Source: Candidatus Shapirobacteria bacterium CG2_30_35_20 (lineage in GTDB: Bacteria; Patescibacteriota; Microgenomatia; UBA12405). Taken from it: a DNA stretch of 37,692 nt. Positions 33,293 through 37,692 of this stretch are shown here, piece after piece (position 1 is the first letter of the stretch; every line of letters begins with the position of its first letter). The translations under genes and the position numbers were made by a program. The notes under the pieces were generated by a model that did no database searches, was not told the DNA's origin, and saw nothing but the letters and a program-made list of their open reading frames with translations. The stretch covers positions 1-37,692 of the forward strand of contig MNZO01000020.1 of the NCBI GenBank assembly GCA_001873665.1. Reading direction: 5' to 3'.

Positions 33293-33298
33293 TATAAT
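33293..33298 (+). promoter_or_regulatory. -10 box TATAAT, 66 nt upstream of the ileS ATG
   Basis: Consensus hexamer within tatataat. The downstream leader is the AT-rich family A repeat. Confidence 0.3.
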
Positions 33299-33306
33299 CA
33301 AATATA

Positions 33307-33364
33307 AATTAAAAATTTAAAAATTGTAAATTTAAAATTGATTAAAAATTTTAAATTAAAAATT
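33307..33364 (+). repeat. Family A repeat, upstream of ileS
   Basis: aaattgtaaatttaaaatt is one mismatch from the 19-mer. It is followed by aaaattgattaaaaattttaaattaaaaatt. Confidence 0.75.
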
Positions 33365-36139
33365 ATGTCTTTCTTTACTGAACTTCCTCAAAACCCCAAC
33401 TTTCCACAATTAGAAAAAGAAATCATGGACTGGTGGACACAAAACGATATTTTAAATAAATATTTACACCGTAACGATAAATCAGAAAAAACCTTTTCTT
33501 TTATCGACGGCCCCATCACCGCCAACAACCCCATGGGTGTTCACCATGCCCTCGGTCGCACCCTCAAAGATGTTTTTCAACGTTTTAAAAATTTGCAAGG
33601 TTACGCCCAAAGATTTCAAAATGGTTTTGACTGTCAAGGCCTATGGGTCGAAGTTGAAGTTGAAAAAGACGCTGGTTTTAATTCCAAAAAAGATATTTTA
33701 GATTTTGGCCTTGATAAATTTACTACCGCTTGCATTGACCGAGTCAACAAATTTAGTTTAATTCAAACCGAACAATCAAAAAGATTAGGAATGTTTATGG
33801 ATTGGGAAAATTCATATTACACCAATTCCCAAAACAACAATCTCTATATTTGGCATTTTTTAAAAATTGTTCATCAAAAAGGTTGGCTCGAGCTTCGTAA
33901 AAGCGCTACCACTTGGTGTCCACGTTGTGAAACAGGGTTATCCCAACACGAACAAGCTGATGGATACAAAGACATTACTGACACCTCAGTTTATGTTTAT
34001 TTTAAATTAAAAGATAAAACCAATGAGTACGTTTTAGCCTGGACTACCACCCCATGGACTCTCACCGCCAATGTACTTCTGGCTATAAACACTGATTATC
34101 CCTATGTTAAGACAAAAATAGACGATAAAATCGTTTACCTTGCCAAAGAAGCGGCCACTAGACTAGGCCTGACTGATTATCAAACAATTGATGTCACCAC
34201 ATTATTAAATTTAAAATACGAATCATTATTTGATTTACCAAATCAAAAAAACATAAAACATTTTATTACCGATTGGAAAGAAGTAACACCACAGGAGGGG
34301 ACTGGTGTCGTTCACATCGCCCCTGGTTGTGGCCAAGAAGATTACGAACTTGGCAAAAAATTAGGTGTTCCCATGCCCTCTCCATTAAACGAGCAAGGTC
34401 ATTTTATAGATAATTACGGGGAATTTACTGGTAAATATGCTCATGGAGTCAAAGAATTGGTTTTTGAAAAACTAAAACAAGCCGGTGCTTTTTTTAAAAC
34501 TGAAGATATTATTCATCGCTATCCCCATTGTTGGCGTTGTAAAACCAAATGTTTATTTCGACTCGAAAATAGTTGGTATATAAAAACTGATGAAATCAGA
34601 CCTCTAATGAAAGCTGCGACTGCCAAAATCGAATGGCATCCCAAGTTCGTCAGTTCCCGAATGCAAAATTGGCTCGATTCTATGGACGACTGGATGATAA
34701 GTCGCTCCCGCTATTATGGTCTAGCCCTCCCTTTTTATAAATGTGAATGCGGTGAATTAACCGTTATCGGTTCTCTTGAGGAATTAAAAGAAAAATCTAT
34801 CAATCCTAAGCAAGTCGAAAGATTAACTTCTCTTCATCGCCCATGGATAGACACCATCAAAATAAAATGCCCTAAATGTGGCCAAATTATCTCTCGTATC
34901 CCAGAAGTCGGGGATTGTTGGCTCGATGCCGGAGTAGTTCCCTTTTCCACCTTAAAATATTTAACTGACAAAAGCTATTGGAAAAAATGGTTCCCCGCTG
35001 ATTTAGTTTTGGAAAATACTGAACAAGTTCGACTTTGGTTTTACTCAATGTTATTTTTTGGAGTTACTCTCAAAAACACCATTCCTTACAAAGCAGTTGT
35101 TACTCATGGTGAAGTTCGCGATCAAAAAGGAGAACGTATCTCAAAAACCAAAAAGAATGGCATACCCTACAACGAAGCCGTAGAAACAATGTCCGCTGAT
35201 GCCATGCGCTGGCTATATTGTTTACAAAAACCATCATCTAATGTCGATTTTGGATACGAAATCACAAACGGAGTTAATCGCGAATATATTTTATTATTAT
35301 GGAACACCTACCGCTTCTTCACCCAGCACGCAAACTTAGAGAATTGGAATGGTCCTGAAAACACGTCATTGCCAGGAGGCTCTGCGACGAAGCAATCTCG
35401 TTCGGGATCGATTATGGACTCATGGATTCTGTCTCGTCTTAATTCTACTATTGAAATAGTCACCAAAGACCTAAATCATTTTGGCACCTCAAATGCCACA
35501 AAAGCCATCCAAAATTTTGTGACTGATTTATCCACCTGGTACATCCGCCGCAATCGAGATCGAACTGATAATTTTGAATTACTTTACAAAATATTTACTA
35601 AACTATCAGTTATAATTTCACCATTTACCCCATTTTTAGGTGAAATTTTACACAAAAATTTGACCACCAATACAGAAACTGTCAATCTTGAAAATTGGCC
35701 CAAAGTCAATAAATCCCAAATAGACAAAGGATTAGAATCTCAAATGATTAACGTTCGAAAAATTTGTCAAGATATTCATGCTGCTCGTCAATTGGCCAAT
35801 TTAAAAATCCGCCAACCCTTATCATCAGCTACTATTACCCAAAAACTCAACCATGAATTACTCGAGGTTATAAAAGATGAAACAAATATCAAAAATATTT
35901 CTATCGGTAACAATTTCTCTCTGGAAACCAAACTCAATCCAGAATTAATTGCCGAGGGTGAATATCGTGATTTTATTCGTAGTATTCAAGTTTTACGCAA
36001 AAATCAAGGATTCCAAATCAAAGATAAAATCAACATCGTCGCCCCCAACTGGCCCGTCACTTTTAAATCAGAAATATTATCAAGAACCTTAGCTATTTCA
36101 ATTAAAAAAGGCGATATTCTTACTATTACCAAAGCTTAA
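33365..36139 (+). CDS. ileS: Isoleucine--tRNA ligase
   Basis: The N-terminus PNFPQLEKEIMDWW resembles Thermus-type IleRS. HIGH-like NPMGVHHALGR, NGFDCQGLWVEVEVEK, KMSKS-like RISKTKKNG, and several Cys-pair zinc knuckles are present. ATG 33365; the track's TTG 33338 lies inside a repeat. Confidence 0.85.
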   Translation: MSFFTELPQNPNFPQLEKEIMDWWTQNDILNKYLHRNDKSEKTFSFIDGPITANNPMGVHHALGRTLKDVFQRFKNLQGYAQRFQNGFDCQGLWVEVEVEKDAGFNSKKDILDFGLDKFTTACIDRVNKFSLIQTEQSKRLGMFMDWENSYYTNSQNNNLYIWHFLKIVHQKGWLELRKSATTWCPRCETGLSQHEQADGYKDITDTSVYVYFKLKDKTNEYVLAWTTTPWTLTANVLLAINTDYPYVKTKIDDKIVYLAKEAATRLGLTDYQTIDVTTLLNLKYESLFDLPNQKNIKHFITDWKEVTPQEGTGVVHIAPGCGQEDYELGKKLGVPMPSPLNEQGHFIDNYGEFTGKYAHGVKELVFEKLKQAGAFFKTEDIIHRYPHCWRCKTKCLFRLENSWYIKTDEIRPLMKAATAKIEWHPKFVSSRMQNWLDSMDDWMISRSRYYGLALPFYKCECGELTVIGSLEELKEKSINPKQVERLTSLHRPWIDTIKIKCPKCGQIISRIPEVGDCWLDAGVVPFSTLKYLTDKSYWKKWFPADLVLENTEQVRLWFYSMLFFGVTLKNTIPYKAVVTHGEVRDQKGERISKTKKNGIPYNEAVETMSADAMRWLYCLQKPSSNVDFGYEITNGVNREYILLLWNTYRFFTQHANLENWNGPENTSLPGGSATKQSRSGSIMDSWILSRLNSTIEIVTKDLNHFGTSNATKAIQNFVTDLSTWYIRRNRDRTDNFELLYKIFTKLSVIISPFTPFLGEILHKNLTTNTETVNLENWPKVNKSQIDKGLESQMINVRKICQDIHAARQLANLKIRQPLSSATITQKLNHELLEVIKDETNIKNISIGNNFSLETKLNPELIAEGEYRDFIRSIQVLRKNQGFQIKDKINIVAPNWPVTFKSEILSRTLAISIKKGDILTITKA
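35363..35402 (+). repeat. Family B repeat, short copy in frame inside ileS
   Basis: acgtcattgccaggaggctctgcgacgaagcaatctcgtt shares both arms (acgtcattgc.agga / gcgacg..gcaatctcgtt) with copies 1-3. It is translated as TSLPGGSATKQSR. Confidence 0.7.
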
Positions 36140-37143
36140 TGTTATTTAATCATCGGTTGTTTCCAATCGTTTCCTCACTCCTGATTTTTCTGTGTCTAAA
36201 TTTATTGATGATTTCCTCCTTAGCCCCACAACTTTTACTCAAACAAATATTAGCCTGGATTTTTGGTTTTTTGCTTTTTTTTATTGGCACCCAAATCAAC
36301 CCCAATCTCAATCAAAAAACTCGTTGGATTCTTTTCATTGGCTCTTGTCTATTATTATTATTGCCAATTTTAACTGGAAATATCACCCGTGGTTCACGAC
36401 GATGGATAAATATTGGGCTAATCTCATTCCAACCTAGCGAAATCGTCAAACCCCCACTAATGCTATTTTTAGCTTCTCAAAATTTTCCTCTTTTACATTT
36501 AATTCCCGTACTAATTGTCGCCAGTCATCCCGATTTGGGTTCTGCCATTACCCTCCTAGTCTTAATGGTTCCCGTTATTTTATATTCCCCTAAGTTAATA
36601 AAATTATCCATCATCAGCTTTTTTTGTCTATTGATTATTTCTCCATTAATTTGGAAATATCTGATTCACGATTATCAAAAAAATCGCATTGCCACTTTTA
36701 TCAATCCCCAACTCGATCCGCTTGGTCAAGGATACAACTTAATTCAGTCCCAAATTGCTGTTGGTAGTGGGGGGTTATTCGGCAAAGGATATCGTCAAGG
36801 AACCCAAGGACAGTTACTATTTTTACCAGAAAAACACACCGATTTCATATTCGCCGCTACCGCCGAAGAACTCGGTTTAGTTTCCGTCATCCTCATTTTT
36901 TTTGCCTATTTCTTATTGTTAAGCTCCATATTAAAAAAAGCATTTAATACCAAATACAACAAAACCCTGTTTTTATTCACCTTGGGAATTTGTTTCGAAA
37001 TTTGGACCCAAATTATTGTTAACATCGGTATGAATATTGGCTTATTGCCAGTTACTGGCATCCCGCTACCATTTTTATCTGTCGGTGGCTCATCACTAAT
37101 AGCCATCCTTTTTTCTCTTGGTGTGATATACTCAAACTTATGA
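36139..37143 (+). CDS. rodA: SEDS-family protein, RodA-like (second FtsW/RodA/SpoVE paralog)
   Basis: INIGLISFQPSEIVK, PEKHTDFIFAATAEELG and PVTGIPLPFLSVGGSS motifs. TAATG overlap with ileS. Confidence 0.8.
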   Translation: MLFNHRLFPIVSSLLIFLCLNLLMISSLAPQLLLKQILAWIFGFLLFFIGTQINPNLNQKTRWILFIGSCLLLLLPILTGNITRGSRRWINIGLISFQPSEIVKPPLMLFLASQNFPLLHLIPVLIVASHPDLGSAITLLVLMVPVILYSPKLIKLSIISFFCLLIISPLIWKYLIHDYQKNRIATFINPQLDPLGQGYNLIQSQIAVGSGGLFGKGYRQGTQGQLLFLPEKHTDFIFAATAEELGLVSVILIFFAYFLLLSSILKKAFNTKYNKTLFLFTLGICFEIWTQIIVNIGMNIGLLPVTGIPLPFLSVGGSSLIAILFSLGVIYSNL

Positions 37144-37454
37144 AATATGCCATTATTGCCACATCTGGCACTCAATACAAAATTGAGGAAAATCAAATAA
37201 TTACTGTTGACAAATTAGAGGGTGAAAAAGATTCAACTGGCAAAATTACTTCGATACTTTTAGTCGTCGATGATGACAAAATAGAAATTGGCAATCCTAC
37301 AGTCAAAAACGCTACTGTTGAATATCAAATTATCAATCAGTATCAAGGTGATAAAGTCCGAGTTTCCAAGTTCAAAGCTAAATCACGTTACCGCAAAACC
37401 ATGGGCTTCCGCGCTCAATTAACCGATATTAAAATCATCAAAATAAATTTATAA
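37140..37454 (+). CDS. rplU: 50S ribosomal protein L21
   Basis: MKYAIIATSGTQYKIEENQ start, KFKAKSRYRKTMGFR, 104-aa length, and location upstream of rpmA. Confidence 0.9.
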   Translation: MKYAIIATSGTQYKIEENQIITVDKLEGEKDSTGKITSILLVVDDDKIEIGNPTVKNATVEYQIINQYQGDKVRVSKFKAKSRYRKTMGFRAQLTDIKIIKINL

Positions 37455-37486
37455 ATTATTTTTAAAATTTTTAAATTAAATCATTT

Positions 37487-37524
37487 AAAATTGATTGAAA
37501 ATTAAAAATTGTAAATTGAAAATT
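37487..37524 (+). repeat. Family A repeat, upstream of rpmA
   Basis: aaaattgattgaaaatt followed by the exact 19-mer at 37506-37524. Confidence 0.8.
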
Positions 37525-37534
37525 TTTTCAAAAT

Positions 37535-37692
37535 ATGGCACATACAAAATCACAAGGTAAAACAAATCAAAAATCAAACCGTCCCGGACAAAGACTGGGT
37601 ATCAAAAAATCCAGTGGACAAAAAGTAACCGTCGGTCAAATTATTGCTCGCCAAGTTGGCTCCAAATATCATTCTGGTCTTGGTACCAAATT
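37535..37692 (+). CDS. rpmA: 50S ribosomal protein L27 (3' end truncated by the window edge)
   Basis: Read by hand; not in the ORF track. It translates as MAHTKSQGKTNQKSNRPGQRLGIKKSSGQKVTVGQIIARQVGSKYHSGLGTK, which matches the L27 N-terminus pattern MAHKK..G......RLG.K...G..V..G.II.RQ.G...H.G. Confidence 0.9.
   Translation, partial: MAHTKSQGKTNQKSNRPGQRLGIKKSSGQKVTVGQIIARQVGSKYHSGLGTK

Noticed and set aside
33126-33364. A T-box riboswitch upstream of ileS.
   Set aside because: I could not find the conserved T-box sequence (AANNNGGGTGGTACCGCG-like) or a specifier-loop/AG-bulge layout. The region is too short and is better explained by a short ORF plus hairpins.
32674-33364. A tRNA, tmRNA or other structured RNA gene in the largest non-coding gap.
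   Set aside because: No cloverleaf-compatible segment was found: there is no GTTCRANNC T-loop with a matching acceptor stem. Only the simple hairpins described above are present.
10741-37524. Whether the family A repeats (ttgtaaattgaaaatt units) could be a CRISPR array or its remnants.
   Set aside because: Copies are kilobases apart, irregular in length, partly inside coding genes, and not separated by unique spacers of uniform size. No cas genes are present.

Overview
The window is visibly AT-rich and gene-dense, with about 41 protein genes, and it looks like a small-genome Patescibacteria/CPR-type bacterium. It uses the standard genetic code, with TGA as a stop. All but two genes are on the + strand, and many have 1-8 nt start/stop overlaps.

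Layout:
- (i) 18-15444 is a surface-glycan/envelope glycosylation locus. It holds four GT4, two GT2, one GT39/ArnT-like enzyme, a Wzy/O-antigen-ligase-like membrane protein, a hexapeptide acyltransferase, a ManC-like nucleotidyltransferase, a priming sugar-phosphate transferase and a DUF4012-like protein. An AbiEii-type gene pair and an NYN-domain gene interrupt it.
- (ii) recO, glyQS and a lipoprotein gene follow.
- (iii) 17894-32082 is a division/cell-wall (dcw) cluster: rsmH-(minus-strand coiled-coil ORF)-ftsL-like-ftsI-murE-[ATE/Bpt-like transferase]-murC/mpl-like ligase-mraY-[NlpC/P60]-[LysW-like Zn ribbon, minus strand]-[PLP fold-II enzyme]-[ATP-grasp]-ftsW-murG-ftsA-ftsZ. There is no murD, murF, ddl, murB or ftsQ in the usual slots.
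- (iv) A hicBA toxin-antitoxin cassette is bounded by 45-nt inverted copies of a GC-rich dispersed repeat.
- (v) ileS-rodA-rplU-rpmA ends the window (rpmA is truncated by the window end).

No rRNA, tRNA or CRISPR array was seen.

Most interesting observations:
- The LysW-like/PLP/ATP-grasp trio sits in the murD slot.
- An aminoacyl-tRNA-transferase-like (ATE/Bpt family) gene is translationally coupled between two Mur ligases.
- A leaderless 10-codon Ile-Ile-Ile ORF plus an intrinsic terminator lies upstream of ileS.
- Two dispersed repeat families occur both in intergenic regions and in frame inside coding genes (two glycosyltransferases and ileS).
- Operon-head genes show a consistent TATAAT-5/7 nt-ATG leaderless arrangement, and no Shine-Dalgarno motifs are visible.

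All family assignments come from motif recognition by eye. No searches were run.
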